Shown here: piece by piece, positions 10,141-19,641 of the stretch
Numbering within the stretch: the stretch's first letter is position 1
How the letters are laid out: every line of letters begins with the position of its first letter
Assembly: GCA_963804645.1 (NCBI GenBank)
Contig: CAWDRG010000002.1
Span: 138,330 to 202,329 of the forward strand
DNA length: 64,000 bases
From: an uncultured Bacillota bacterium
GTDB taxonomy: Bacteria > Sysuimicrobiota > Sysuimicrobiia > Sysuimicrobiales > Segetimicrobiaceae
Direction: 5' to 3'
The notes under the pieces: generated by a model
Databases searched by the model: none
Told to the model about the DNA's origin: nothing
What the model saw: only the letters and a program-made list of their open reading frames with translations
Program-made: the position numbers and the translations under genes

Positions 10141-11040
10141 CTACATCACCCGCGGCGTTCCGGTCCTGAGCTCGGCGATCAGCGCCTCGACCTCGGGCCG
10201 GGCCAGCACGTAGCGGTCCCCGCAGAACCGGCACGTGATTTCGGCCTGCCCTTCCTGCGCGAGCAGCGCCTCGAGCTCGTCCGGCCCGAGCCCCAGCAGC
10301 ATCCCCTCCACCCGCTGGCGGGTGCACCGGCAGTGGAACTCCACCGGGCTGACTTCCCCGAACGACGGGGTCAGCTCGCCGAGCGCGGCGCTGAGAATCT
10401 CCTCGGGCGTCCGGCCGTCGGCGATCAGCTGCGTGATCGGCGGCATCCGCCGGGCGCGCGCCTCGAGGTCGGCCACGACGTCCTCGGAGGCCCCCGGAAG
10501 CACCTGCACACAGAGCCCGCCCGCGGCGAGCACCCGGAGATCCGGAGCCACGAGCACCCCCAGCGAGACGACCGACGGGAGCTGCTCGGATTTGACGAAG
10601 TAGCTCGCCAGATCCTCCGCGATCTCCCCGGACACGAGCGGCGCGGACCCGTGGTAGGGACTCTTGAGCCCGACGTCCCGGGTCACGTGCAGGGTGCCCT
10701 GCCGTCCGACGAGCCCGCCGACGTCGAGCTTGCGGGCGGGCGTCTCCGGCAGATCGGCCTGCGGGTTCACGGCGTAGCCGCGCACGCGCCCCCGCGCGTC
10801 GGCCTGCGCGACGATGGCCCCGATCGGGCCGTCGCCGAGCACGCGCAGCAGCACGGAGTGTCCGTCTTTGAGCCCGGCCCCGAGCAGCGCGGCCGCGGTC
10901 AGGCTGCGCCCGAGCGCCGCGGTGGCCGTGGCCGATGCCGCGTGGCGGATCCGTGCGTCCTCGACGGTCTGCGTCGTCACGGTCGCGAGCGCCCGGACCT
11001 GCTCGCCAGCGGCCGTCCCTCGAATCATATAGTCACCCAT
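10141..11040 (-). CDS. hslO: Redox-regulated chaperone Hsp33
   Basis: C-terminal zinc centre CRCTRQRV...CRFCGDRY, typical of Hsp33. Trimmed to the internal ATG (MGDYMIRGTAAGE) at 11040, downstream of the thiD stop at 11051. Confidence 0.85.
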   Translation of the reverse strand: MGDYMIRGTAAGEQVRALATVTTQTVEDARIRHAASATATAALGRSLTAAALLGAGLKDGHSVLLRVLGDGPIGAIVAQADARGRVRGYAVNPQADLPETPARKLDVGGLVGRQGTLHVTRDVGLKSPYHGSAPLVSGEIAEDLASYFVKSEQLPSVVSLGVLVAPDLRVLAAGGLCVQVLPGASEDVVADLEARARRMPPITQLIADGRTPEEILSAALGELTPSFGEVSPVEFHCRCTRQRVEGMLLGLGPDELEALLAQEGQAEITCRFCGDRYVLARPEVEALIAELRTGTPRVM

Positions 11041-11050
11041 CGCGTGCCTC

Positions 11051-11851
11051 CTACGTGTCCACCGCGCCGGCGCCGTGCATCGGGTTCGCGGGCCCGTGCC
11101 CGCGGCCGAGCGGCAGCGCCGCCTCGATGGCTTTCGTAATAAACGCCTTTGCCGCGCGCACAGCGTCGGGCACCTCGCTCCCCCGGGCGAGATAGGCCGT
11201 GATCGCCGCCGAGAACACACAGCCGGTTCCGTGCGTGTTCGCCGTCCAGACGCGCGCGGCGTGCAGCCACGTGATCGTGCCGCCGTCGTAGAGCACATCC
11301 AGCGGCGCGCCCTCGAGGTGCCCGCCCTTCACCACGACCGCGCGCGGTCCCATCGCGGCGATCGCGCGCGCCGCGTCCTCCATCTCCGCCGCCGTCCGAA
11401 TCGTCCGGCCGGTGAGGGCTGCGGCCTCGTGGAGGTTCGGCGTGACGACGCGCGCGAGCGGCAGCAGATCCCGCCGCAGCGTCTCGATCGCGTCCTGCCG
11501 GAGGAGCGGCACGCCCGCCTTCGAGATCATGACCGGGTCGACGACCAGGGGGTCGATTCGATTCCGGACGATCGCGGCCACGACCGCGTCGATGATCGGC
11601 ACGCTGCTCAGCATGCCCGTCTTCGCCGCGTCGACGCCGATGTCGGACACGACCGCGTCGATCTGCGCCGCGACGACGTCTGGCGCGATCTCAGCGATCG
11701 CGGTCACCTGCGCCGTGTTCTGCGCCGTGACCGCCGTCACCGCGGTCATGCCGAATACTCCCAAGGCAGAGAACGTCTTGAGATCGGCCTGTATGCCCGC
11801 GCCGCCCCCGGAGTCGGACCCCGCGATCGACAGCGCGCGTGGAATCGGCAT
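11051..11851 (-). CDS. thiD: Hydroxymethylpyrimidine/phosphomethylpyrimidine kinase
   Basis: ALSIAGSDSGGGAGIQADLKT start and GTGC motif, ribokinase-like fold typical of ThiD. Confidence 0.9.
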   Translation of the reverse strand: MPIPRALSIAGSDSGGGAGIQADLKTFSALGVFGMTAVTAVTAQNTAQVTAIAEIAPDVVAAQIDAVVSDIGVDAAKTGMLSSVPIIDAVVAAIVRNRIDPLVVDPVMISKAGVPLLRQDAIETLRRDLLPLARVVTPNLHEAAALTGRTIRTAAEMEDAARAIAAMGPRAVVVKGGHLEGAPLDVLYDGGTITWLHAARVWTANTHGTGCVFSAAITAYLARGSEVPDAVRAAKAFITKAIEAALPLGRGHGPANPMHGAGAVDT

Positions 11852-11890
11852 CGATGTCCCCTCTTCGACGGTCAGCCGGCCGCCGCCCGT

Positions 11891-12937
11891 TTATCTCGAT
11901 CGCGCGAGGTGATCCCACCCGGCAGCCGCGAGCGGTCGGCGCCGCCCGCCGGCCCCGAGAATCCACCGCCCCGCGTCCAGGGGTACGATGTCGCCGATCC
12001 GGGTGACGGGGATGCCCGCGGTCCGCGCGACACTGGAGGCGAGCCGGGCAAACGCGGGGCGGGCCGTGAACAACAGCTCGTAGTCCTCGCCCCCGCCGAG
12101 CGCCCACGCGAGCGGGTCGCGCCCCGCCGCGTGCGCGGCCGCCGCGAGGCCGTCGGGGAGCGGCAGGCGCGTTTCGTCGAGCAGCACGCCGACCCCCGAG
12201 GCGTCGGCCAGGTGCAGCGCGTCGGCGGCGGTGCCATCGCTCGTGTCGAGCGCCGCCGTCACGGCGCGGAGCTTCGCGAGCGCCCGGCCCGCCGCGAGCC
12301 GCGGACTGGGCCGCCGGTACGCGGCCCTCAGCGCGGCCGCGCCGCGCGTGCGCAGCGCCGGGCGGGACGCCAGAAACAGCCCGGCCGCGGCCTTGCCGGC
12401 CGTCCCGGTCATCCAGAGGCCGTCGCCCGGCCTCGCGCCGTCCCGTTCGAGGACCCGTCCCGCCTCCCCGAGGAGCGTCACGTCCACCACGACGCCGCCG
12501 GGGCTGCGGGAAACGTTGCCGCCCACCACCGACACCCGGTGCGCGCGGGCGGCCGCCGCGAGCCCGCGGTAGATCCCGTCGACGACGCGCACCGGCGTCT
12601 CGGGACGCACGAGGAGCGAGACGAGCGCGTAGCGCGGCGTGCCGCCCATCGCCGCGACGTCGCTGAGGTTCACCGCGAGGGCGCGCCATCCAACGTCCGC
12701 GGGACGCGCGAGGTCGAAGCGGAAGTGCACGCCCTCCACCTGGACGTCGCACGTCGCCACGGCGCGGCCGTGAAACTCCAGCACCGCGGCGTCGTCGCCG
12801 ATTCCGAGCACCACGCCGGGGCCCGTCGTCGGCACGAGCGTCGTCAGGCGCGCGATCAGCCCGAACTCTCCGAGCTCCGCGACTGTCCGCGTCCGGCCGC
12901 CGCGCCCCGCGCGGCTACCGCGCGAGCGCGGCATCAA
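11891..12937 (-). CDS. thiL: Thiamine-monophosphate kinase
   Basis: GEFGLI...IGDDAAV N-terminal motif and PurM-like fold. Its 5' end overlaps the thiE 3' end by about 23 bp. Confidence 0.85.
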   Translation of the reverse strand: MMPRSRGSRAGRGGRTRTVAELGEFGLIARLTTLVPTTGPGVVLGIGDDAAVLEFHGRAVATCDVQVEGVHFRFDLARPADVGWRALAVNLSDVAAMGGTPRYALVSLLVRPETPVRVVDGIYRGLAAAARAHRVSVVGGNVSRSPGGVVVDVTLLGEAGRVLERDGARPGDGLWMTGTAGKAAAGLFLASRPALRTRGAAALRAAYRRPSPRLAAGRALAKLRAVTAALDTSDGTAADALHLADASGVGVLLDETRLPLPDGLAAAAHAAGRDPLAWALGGGEDYELLFTARPAFARLASSVARTAGIPVTRIGDIVPLDAGRWILGAGGRRRPLAAAGWDHLARSR

Positions 12938-13565
12938 CCTCGTCCCGCAGCCGTCGCGTCGCCGCGACCATGTCGTCGGCGAGCGTCACCGCGGTGATCA
13001 CGGCCACCCCCGCCGCCCCGGCGCGGATGGTCGCCGCGGCGGTGTCGCGCGTGATGCCCCCGATCGCGACGATCGGCAGCGCCGACGCGCGGCGCACGGC
13101 ACCGATCCGCTCGAGCCCGACTGGCGCCCCCGCGTCCGCCTTCGTCGCCGTGGCGTAGATGGCCCCGACGCCGAGATAGTCGGCCCCGTCGCGCTCCGCC
13201 GCGGCGGCCTCCTCCGGGGTCGCGGCGGAGACGCCGAGCAGCGGTCCCGGCCCCAGGATCGCGCGCGCGGCCGCCGCCGGCAGATCGTCCTGCCCGACGT
13301 GCACGCCGTCCGCGCCACAGGCGAGCGCAAGATCCACGCGGTCGTTGAGCATCAGCGCCACGCCCGCGGCCCGGCAGGTCGCGGCGAGCGCGCGCGCGGT
13401 CTCCGCGATCACCCGCGCCGTCTCGTGCTTCATCCGGAGCTGGACCGCCGTGGCACCGCCGCGGACGGCGGCCTCCGCGATCTCGAGATGCGAGCGGCCG
13501 CGGGACCGTGCCGCGTCGGTAATCACGACCACGCGCCAGTCGCCGCGCCCGCGCGTGACCGTCAT
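12915..13565 (-). CDS. thiE: Thiamine-phosphate synthase
   Basis: TMP-TENI fold ([30 protein letters not shown]). Trimmed to the ATG at 13565, forming an ATGA overlap with the thiG stop. Its position after thiG, and the separate tenI next to thiO, support the ThiE role. Confidence 0.85.
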   Translation of the reverse strand: MTVTRGRGDWRVVVITDAARSRGRSHLEIAEAAVRGGATAVQLRMKHETARVIAETARALAATCRAAGVALMLNDRVDLALACGADGVHVGQDDLPAAAARAILGPGPLLGVSAATPEEAAAAERDGADYLGVGAIYATATKADAGAPVGLERIGAVRRASALPIVAIGGITRDTAAATIRAGAAGVAVITAVTLADDMVAATRRLRDEVDAALAR

Positions 13566-14395
13566 GAGTGCCGCGCCGGGTCCGTCGGCGGTGTCGCGGC
13601 GCCCTCGATCCGGCCGGCCATCGGGCTCGTCGGCTCGGCCAGCATGCGGCGCGGCATCCGGCCGGCCAGAAACGCGTCGCGGCCGGCGTACGCCGCATGG
13701 CAGACCGCGCGGGCCATCCGCACCGGATCCTGCGCGCGCGCGATCGCCGAGTTCAGCAGCACCGCGTCGCAGCCCAGTTCGAAGACGATCGCCACATCCG
13801 ACGCGGTCCCCACGCCCGCGTCCACCACGACCGGGACGCGCACGCGGCTGCGGATCAACTGGATGTTGTGCGGGTTGCGGATGCCGAGCCCGGACCCGAT
13901 CGGCGCGGCCAGCGGCATGATCGCGGCACACCCGGCGTCTTCGAGCTTCTGCGCGGTGACCGGGTCGTCGTTCGTGTACGGCAGCACGACGAAGCCCGCG
14001 CGCACGAGGGTCCTCGCGGCGTCGAGCAGCTGCACCACATCCGGCAGCAGCGTCTCATCGTCGGCGATCAGTTCCAGCTTGATCAGGGACGTGCCGAGCG
14101 CCTCCCGGGCGAGCTCGGCCGTCAGCACGGCGTCCTTGACCGTGTAGCAGCCCGCGGTGTTCGGCAAGATGCGGTAGCCGCGGTCCGCGAGGACCCGGTA
14201 CAGGTTTTCCTGGCCGGGCCCGGGGCTGACCCGCCGCAGCGCGACCGTGACCATCTCGGTGCCGGACGCGGCGAGTGCGTCGAGCATCACCTGCACGCTC
14301 GGATACCGTGCGGTCCCGACGAGCAGACGGGATCGCAACGTGATCCCCCCAAGATCCCACCGGTCCGCTTCCAGCTCCATCCGCCTCTCCTCCAT
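13562..14395 (-). CDS. thiG: Thiazole synthase
   Basis: ThiG TIM-barrel motifs ([47 protein letters not shown]). Confidence 0.9.
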   Translation of the reverse strand: MEERRMELEADRWDLGGITLRSRLLVGTARYPSVQVMLDALAASGTEMVTVALRRVSPGPGQENLYRVLADRGYRILPNTAGCYTVKDAVLTAELAREALGTSLIKLELIADDETLLPDVVQLLDAARTLVRAGFVVLPYTNDDPVTAQKLEDAGCAAIMPLAAPIGSGLGIRNPHNIQLIRSRVRVPVVVDAGVGTASDVAIVFELGCDAVLLNSAIARAQDPVRMARAVCHAAYAGRDAFLAGRMPRRMLAEPTSPMAGRIEGAATPPTDPARHS

Positions 14396-14398
14396 AGG

Positions 14399-14656
14399 TC
14401 AGCCCCCCTGCATCGGGCGCACAATCTCGACGCGGTCACCCGACGCGAGCCGAACGGCCGGCCACTCGACTTTCGGGACCACGTGCTCGTTGACGGCAAC
14501 CGCCACCGCCGTCTCCCGATCCACCTGCAGCGCGTCGAGCACCTCGACCAGCGTGGCACGGGCCGGCAGCGGCCGCACCTCGCCGTTGACGGCGATCCAG
14601 GCGTCGTGCGGAGGCGTCGACCCGCTCATGGAATGCGTCCCGGCTCCCCCGCTCAT
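14399..14656 (-). CDS. thiS: Sulfur carrier protein ThiS
   Basis: Small ubiquitin-like ORF ending in GG (IVRPMQGG). The ATG at 14656 overlaps the thiO stop as ATGA. An alternative ATG at 14629 would give the shorter 76-aa form. Confidence 0.7.
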   Translation of the reverse strand: MSGGAGTHSMSGSTPPHDAWIAVNGEVRPLPARATLVEVLDALQVDRETAVAVAVNEHVVPKVEWPAVRLASGDRVEIVRPMQGG

Positions 14657-15918
14657 GCCGGGGCGCCCCGGTGTCCCGCGGCGGGCTCGACCGACGGACC
14701 CGGGCCGCCGGCGTGCGCGCGCGCCGCGCTCGGCCGGAACGCCGTGAGGAGGGGGCTTTCGCGCCCCTCGACGAGCAGATCCGCCACGAGCAGGGCCGTC
14801 GCGGGCGCCAGCAGCACCCCGTGCCGGAAATGGCCCGTGGCCACGTACAGGCCGGGCACCTCGGTCTCTCCGATCAGCGGGAGATGGTCGCGGGTCGCCG
14901 GGCGGAACCCGACGTTCATCTCGACGAGTTCCAAGTCGTACGTCGCCGGCACGGCCAGGCGCGCGCGCCACAAGAGATCCATTGCCGCGCCCGCGGTCGC
15001 GGCGGCATCGAAGCCCTGCTCTTCCATCGTCGCCCCCACCACGAGCTCGCCGCCGCGCCGCGGCACGAGATACGCCTCGGGGGCGCGCACGACGTGCCGC
15101 AGCAGCACCGGGCCGCGCAGACGCACGACCTGCCCTTTGACCGGGCGGACCGCGATCGGCGAGGCGGGCCACGCGATGTCGCTGGCGCTCCACGCGCCCG
15201 CGGCCAGCACGGCACGCTCGCACCGGACGGCGAACTCGGCACCGTCCGCGATCCGGCCCGCCGTGCCGTCCGCGTCGGGGACGGCGGGTCCCTCGAAGTG
15301 TCCGCGCACCCCGACGAGCCGGCCCGCCTGGGCCTCAACGCCGCCGACGCGCGCGTGCGTGACCACGCGGCCGCCGAGTGCCCGGACGCCGCCCGCCAGC
15401 GCGCGCAGCATGGCCCGTGGGTTCACCTGGTGATCTCCGGGCGCGAAAAGCGCCGCTGTTACCCGCGGGCTGAGCAGCGGCTCGCGCTCCCTCGCCTGGT
15501 CCCCATCCAACCAGCGACACGAGAGGCCGAGCCGCGACTGGAACCCCCGCACGCGCTGGAGTTCCTCCTCGTCGTCCCGCCCGAGCGCCACGGTCAGCGT
15601 CCCGTCCGCGAGCAGCTCGCAGCCGAGGCCGCTCGCGGCCTCGACGTTCCGCACGAACTCCGGATACCGGCGCTGGCTCTCGAGACCGAGGTCCGCAAGC
15701 TCGGGGGTCTCGTACTCGGCCTCCCCGGTCACCGCGAGCATGCCAGCCGCGACGCCCGCGGCCCCCGCGCCGACACGCGACCGTTCGAGGACCAGGACGT
15801 CGACCCCGCGGCGCGCGAGCGCGAAGGCGCAGCTGAGCCCGATGATGCCCGCGCCCACCACGACCACGGCCGCCGAGGGCGGGAGCGGCTCGCGCGGCGC
15901 CGGTCCGGCCTCAGCCAC
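14653..15918 (-). CDS. thiO: Glycine oxidase ThiO (FAD-dependent)
   Basis: FAD dinucleotide fold AAVVVVGAGIIGLSCAFALARRG. Trimmed to GTG at 15918, just after the tenI stop (15911-15913). The upstream 160 aa of the track ORF are a different-frame overlap with tenI. Confidence 0.85.
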   Translation of the reverse strand: MAEAGPAPREPLPPSAAVVVVGAGIIGLSCAFALARRGVDVLVLERSRVGAGAAGVAAGMLAVTGEAEYETPELADLGLESQRRYPEFVRNVEAASGLGCELLADGTLTVALGRDDEEELQRVRGFQSRLGLSCRWLDGDQAREREPLLSPRVTAALFAPGDHQVNPRAMLRALAGGVRALGGRVVTHARVGGVEAQAGRLVGVRGHFEGPAVPDADGTAGRIADGAEFAVRCERAVLAAGAWSASDIAWPASPIAVRPVKGQVVRLRGPVLLRHVVRAPEAYLVPRRGGELVVGATMEEQGFDAAATAGAAMDLLWRARLAVPATYDLELVEMNVGFRPATRDHLPLIGETEVPGLYVATGHFRHGVLLAPATALLVADLLVEGRESPLLTAFRPSAARAHAGGPGPSVEPAAGHRGAPA

Positions 15919-16693
15919 GAGGATCCTCCCCGGCGCGGACGGCGGGCTGCGGCGCGGGGCCGCGTGCCGGGCCCGCGGGAAATGGGCGATGGGGCCGCGG
16001 CCAGCCCGCCAGCGCTCGCCGGAATTCGCGCGCCGCCTCGGCGGGATCGGGAGCGCCCAAGATCGCTCCGACCACCGCGATGCCCGCGCACCCGGTCGCG
16101 GCCAGTGCACCGGCGCGGTCCGGCGTGATGCCGCCGACGGCCAGGACGGGCACCGCAACCCGCTCGACGACGCGCCGCAGCGCGGCGGTGCCGCGTGGGG
16201 GCACACCCGGATGCGAGGCCGTCGCGAAGACGTGTCCGAAGGTGACGTAGTCCGCGCCGTCCCGCGCGGCCGCCGACGCGTCGCCAAGCGCGTGCACGGA
16301 GCAGCCGATGATCCGCCGCGGGCCCACGAGCGCGCGCACCACCGCGGGGGCCAGGCTCGCCGCCGCGAGGTGCACGCCGTCCGCGCCGACCGCGAGCGCC
16401 ACATCGACGCGGTCGTTGATGAGGAGGCCGGCGCCGCGCTCTCGGCAGCGCGGCGCGATCTCGCGCGCCAGCGCGTAGAGGTCGGCGGCGGAAACCGTGC
16501 GGGCGCGGATCTGCACCCAGTCCACGCCGCCCTCGAGCGCGCGGGCCGCCGCGCCGACGAGATCGTGCGGGAACCGTGCCCAGTCGAGGATCAGGTGGAG
16601 CTGCGCGCGTGCCGCGGGCTCGCTCCGCGGCGTCCCGACCCCCTCTCCCCGAAGCGCCGGGTCCGCGCCTGCGCGGCCGGGGTCCACCGTCAT
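15911..16693 (-). CDS. tenI: Thiazole tautomerase / thiamine-phosphate synthase paralog (TenI-like)
   Basis: Second TMP-TENI fold protein (LINDRVDVALAVGADGVHL). Located between tenA and thiO exactly as B. subtilis tenI. The ATG at 16693 overlaps the tenA stop (ATGA). Confidence 0.75.
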   Translation of the reverse strand: MTVDPGRAGADPALRGEGVGTPRSEPAARAQLHLILDWARFPHDLVGAAARALEGGVDWVQIRARTVSAADLYALAREIAPRCRERGAGLLINDRVDVALAVGADGVHLAAASLAPAVVRALVGPRRIIGCSVHALGDASAAARDGADYVTFGHVFATASHPGVPPRGTAALRRVVERVAVPVLAVGGITPDRAGALAATGCAGIAVVGAILGAPDPAEAAREFRRALAGWPRPHRPFPAGPARGPAPQPAVRAGEDPRG

Positions 16694-17358
16694 AGCGGCC
16701 AGCCCACCATCCGCCACGCCATCTCCCAGAAGAGATACTCGTAGCGCTGGCTCGCGAGGAAGATGTCCGCGAGCGCCGCTTCCCGCGACGGCGGGACGTC
16801 CGCGCCGATCCGGTCGAGCTGTGCCGCCATCCACTGCGCCATCGCCGCGTACTCGTCGGACGTGTACATCCGGATCCAGTTGGCGTAGAGCGGCGCCTCT
16901 TCCGGCAGCCCCGACCGGCGCAGGTGCACCGCGATCTCGTAGTAGCCGTGCGCGCACGGCAGCACGGCGGCCAGGATCGCGGCGAGATCGCCGGTCTCCG
17001 CGACCAGGCGCAGATGGTTGGTGTAGGCCGCGGTGGCCTGCGCCGGCACGGTGTCCTCCAGGGCCTCCGGCGAGATGCCGGCCGCCCAGCACACCTCGCG
17101 GTGCAGGTCCATCTCGACGTTCAGGGTCGCGTTGAGCACGTCGGCGAGGCGCGAGGCGGTCGCGAGCTCGTCCGCGCGCGCCACCGCGAGCGCGAGCACC
17201 CGGCAGTACTCGATGAGGAAGAGGTAGTCCTGGCGCAGGTAGAACTGGTAGCGGTCGCCTGGCAGGGTGCCGTCGCCGAGGCCCCGCACGAACGGGTGCC
17301 CCAGGATCCGCTCCCGGGTCGGCGCGGCGGCGTCCTGCAGCCGCTCAAACAACGTCAC
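16690..17358 (-). CDS. tenA: Aminopyrimidine aminohydrolase (thiaminase II)
   Basis: TenA/THI-4 family (HPFVRGLGDGTLPGDRYQFYLRQDYLFL; catalytic Cys in VLPCAHGYYEI). Start is GTG at 17358, overlapping the upstream stop (GTGA). Confidence 0.85.
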   Translation of the reverse strand: MTLFERLQDAAAPTRERILGHPFVRGLGDGTLPGDRYQFYLRQDYLFLIEYCRVLALAVARADELATASRLADVLNATLNVEMDLHREVCWAAGISPEALEDTVPAQATAAYTNHLRLVAETGDLAAILAAVLPCAHGYYEIAVHLRRSGLPEEAPLYANWIRMYTSDEYAAMAQWMAAQLDRIGADVPPSREAALADIFLASQRYEYLFWEMAWRMVGWPL

Positions 17359-18647
17359 GCGCGGTCCCCCCCGTCCGTCCCGCACCACGCCGCGATCGTC
17401 CGCGCGTAGACGCGCGCACACCGCACGAGGTCGTCGACCGCGACGTACTCGTCCACCGCGTGCGCCTGCCCGAGCGGCCCCGGACCGTACACGGCGGTGG
17501 GAATGCCGCGGGCGGCGATCCAGCCGGCGTCCGACACGCCTGCCGACATCCGGCGCCGGGGCGCGGCGCCCCAGACCGCGGCGTGCGCCGCGGAGAGCAC
17601 CGCGACGCCGGGATGGTCGGCCGCGGTCTCGAACGCGGGAAACACCTCCCCGCGATCCTCGATCATCGAGCGGCCGCCCCACCGGAACGCCGGCGGGTTC
17701 GCGCGGAGCCACGGGTCGGCGTCGGCGGCCGCGCGGACGGTGCGCTCGATCTCCGCCGTTACCGCCTCCTGCGTCTCGCCCGGGTAGAAATGCACCGTCA
17801 CCCACAGCGCGCACCGGTCGGCGACGAAAGCGGGGTGCCGTCCGCCCTCGATCGCGGCGGGATTGATCGTGGTCGTGCCCGGCTCGAATCCCGGATGCGA
17901 CTTCGTGACCGCCCAATGACGCTCGAGGCGTTCCAGCACCTGCAGCACCGGTACCATCTTCTCGATCGCGCTCGCCCCGAACACACCGCCGCCCGCGTGG
18001 ATCATGCGCCGGCGCTGCGCGTCGTGAAACGTGACGGGGCTCTGGATCGTGATCCACCCCGTGACCACGCCGCCCTGCCCGAGCGACACCTCCCCGGCGG
18101 TCGGCTCGGGCACGAGCGCGAACTCCGCCGCGGGCGAGTGGTCGAGCGCCGTCGGCGTGCCCGCCTCGCCCATCTCCTCACCGGTCACCGTCTGCACGAT
18201 CACGTCCCCGCGCGGACGGCCGAGGGTCCGCACGACGGCCTCCAGGGCCGAGAGCATACACGCGAGCCCGCCCTTCATGTCGGCGGCGCCGCGGCCCGAC
18301 AGGCGGCCGTCCCGGACGACCGGGGCGAACGGCGGGGTCGTCCACCGCTCCGCGCCGCCCGTCGTGGCGACGTCGACGTGGCCGTTGAGCAGCAGCGTGC
18401 GCCCGCCCCCCCGTCCCCGCAGCACCGCGACCACCTGCGGATCGCCCGGGTACAGCGCGACCGTCCGCACCTCCGCGCCGAGCGCCTCGAGCCGGGCGGC
18501 GACGAACGCTTGGACCGCCTCGGTGTTGCGTCCGGGCGGGCACGGGGTCTCGAAGCGGACGAGCGCCTCGGCGAGCTGCACGACCTCCCGTGCGCGGCCG
18601 TCGAGGTGGGCGTCGAGCGCCTGCGCGGCGACGTCGGTCCCGATCAC
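17355..18647 (-). CDS. M20-family amidohydrolase, probable formylaminopyrimidine deformylase (YlmB-like)
   Basis: ArgE/DapE/M20 fold (LLNGHVDVATTG...GRGAADMKGGLA). Embedded in the thiamin operon between thiY and tenA with GTGA overlaps on both sides. B. subtilis YlmB, the N-formyl-4-amino-5-aminomethyl-2-methylpyrimidine deformylase, belongs to this family. Confidence 0.75.
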   Translation of the reverse strand: MIGTDVAAQALDAHLDGRAREVVQLAEALVRFETPCPPGRNTEAVQAFVAARLEALGAEVRTVALYPGDPQVVAVLRGRGGGRTLLLNGHVDVATTGGAERWTTPPFAPVVRDGRLSGRGAADMKGGLACMLSALEAVVRTLGRPRGDVIVQTVTGEEMGEAGTPTALDHSPAAEFALVPEPTAGEVSLGQGGVVTGWITIQSPVTFHDAQRRRMIHAGGGVFGASAIEKMVPVLQVLERLERHWAVTKSHPGFEPGTTTINPAAIEGGRHPAFVADRCALWVTVHFYPGETQEAVTAEIERTVRAAADADPWLRANPPAFRWGGRSMIEDRGEVFPAFETAADHPGVAVLSAAHAAVWGAAPRRRMSAGVSDAGWIAARGIPTAVYGPGPLGQAHAVDEYVAVDDLVRCARVYARTIAAWCGTDGGDRA

Positions 18648-19618
18648 GGCAGCAGGTTCACGTAGAGGTCGTCGACCGGGACCGGCGCGGGGATGACCTT
18701 GTGCGCGGCCATCCAGTGGTCGAACGCGGTCCACCGCGCGGCGCTCTCGGTCTGGGTGCGCGCGTACGTCGGGAGCGTCGCCAGGAACGAGGCGCGGTTG
18801 AACGCGTCGTTGAGCGACGGGTTCAGGCGCACGTACTGCTGAAACGCGTCCTGCGGGTGCGCCTCGGTGAACGCGATCCCGCGCGCCACCGCTCCGACGA
18901 ATCGCCGCAGGACGGCCGGCCGGGTCGCGATCTGACGGTCGCCCGCGATCAGGACGAGTTCATAGAACGTCGGGACCCCGTACCGCTCGGGCTCGAACAT
19001 CCCGACCGCCTGTCCCTGCTGTTCGATCTGGATCCGCTCGACGTTGCGGTAGGCGCCGACCACGGCGTCGATCTTGTGCGAGAGCAGCGCCGGCACGAGG
19101 TCGAAGCCCACGTTGATCATCGTCAGGTTCGACTCCGAGGCGCCGTCGCTGCGGACGATCTGATCCAGCAGGGCGTCCTCGTACCCGTTCACGGCAAACC
19201 CGACGCGCCGACCGACCAGATCCTTCGGCGTCCGGATCCCCGAGCTCTTGAGAAACATGATCGTCGTGAGCGGCTGCCCGATGAGCACGCCGATGCTCTT
19301 CACCGGCAGGGTCTGGGCACGCGCCATGATCACGCTCGGCTCATAGTTGACGCCGACGTCCGCGCGGCCGACAGCGACGAGCTTCAGCGGATCGTCGGCG
19401 TTCGCGGGCACCTGGAGGTTCACGTGCAGCCCCGCCTGGGTGAAGTAGCCCAGGCCGACGGCCGCGTACAGCGGCACGTGGTCAGGGTTCGGGAACCAAT
19501 CCAGCATGAACGTCACCGTATCGGGCGCCGCCGCGACGGTCGCGCCCGGCGCGCACAACAGTGCGATCGCGACCAGCGCCCCGAGCGCCGCCCCCCACCG
19601 CCGTCTCCTCTGTCTCAT
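18644..19618 (-). CDS. thiY: NMT1/THI5-like periplasmic binding protein (thiamin-precursor ABC transporter SBP)
   Basis: Signal peptide MRQRRRRWGAALGALVAIALLCAPG followed by an NMT1/THI5 fold (FMLDWFPNPDHVPLY). Trimmed to the ATG at 19618. Confidence 0.8.
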   Translation of the reverse strand: MRQRRRRWGAALGALVAIALLCAPGATVAAAPDTVTFMLDWFPNPDHVPLYAAVGLGYFTQAGLHVNLQVPANADDPLKLVAVGRADVGVNYEPSVIMARAQTLPVKSIGVLIGQPLTTIMFLKSSGIRTPKDLVGRRVGFAVNGYEDALLDQIVRSDGASESNLTMINVGFDLVPALLSHKIDAVVGAYRNVERIQIEQQGQAVGMFEPERYGVPTFYELVLIAGDRQIATRPAVLRRFVGAVARGIAFTEAHPQDAFQQYVRLNPSLNDAFNRASFLATLPTYARTQTESAARWTAFDHWMAAHKVIPAPVPVDDLYVNLLP

Positions 19619-19641
19619 CCGTTCCCCCTTTGCATCTCGAT

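Noticed and set aside
7680-10169. 829-aa plus-strand ORF antisense to recG and running through rpmB
   Set aside because: Arg/Pro/Gly-rich low-complexity translation with no recognisable domains. It runs fully antisense to a well-supported recG, and rpmB is a better call in the 3' part. Typical shadow ORF at 70% GC.
12934-13698. 254-aa alternative-frame ORF inside thiE/thiG
   Set aside because: Arg/Gly-rich. The thiE frame carries the family motifs.
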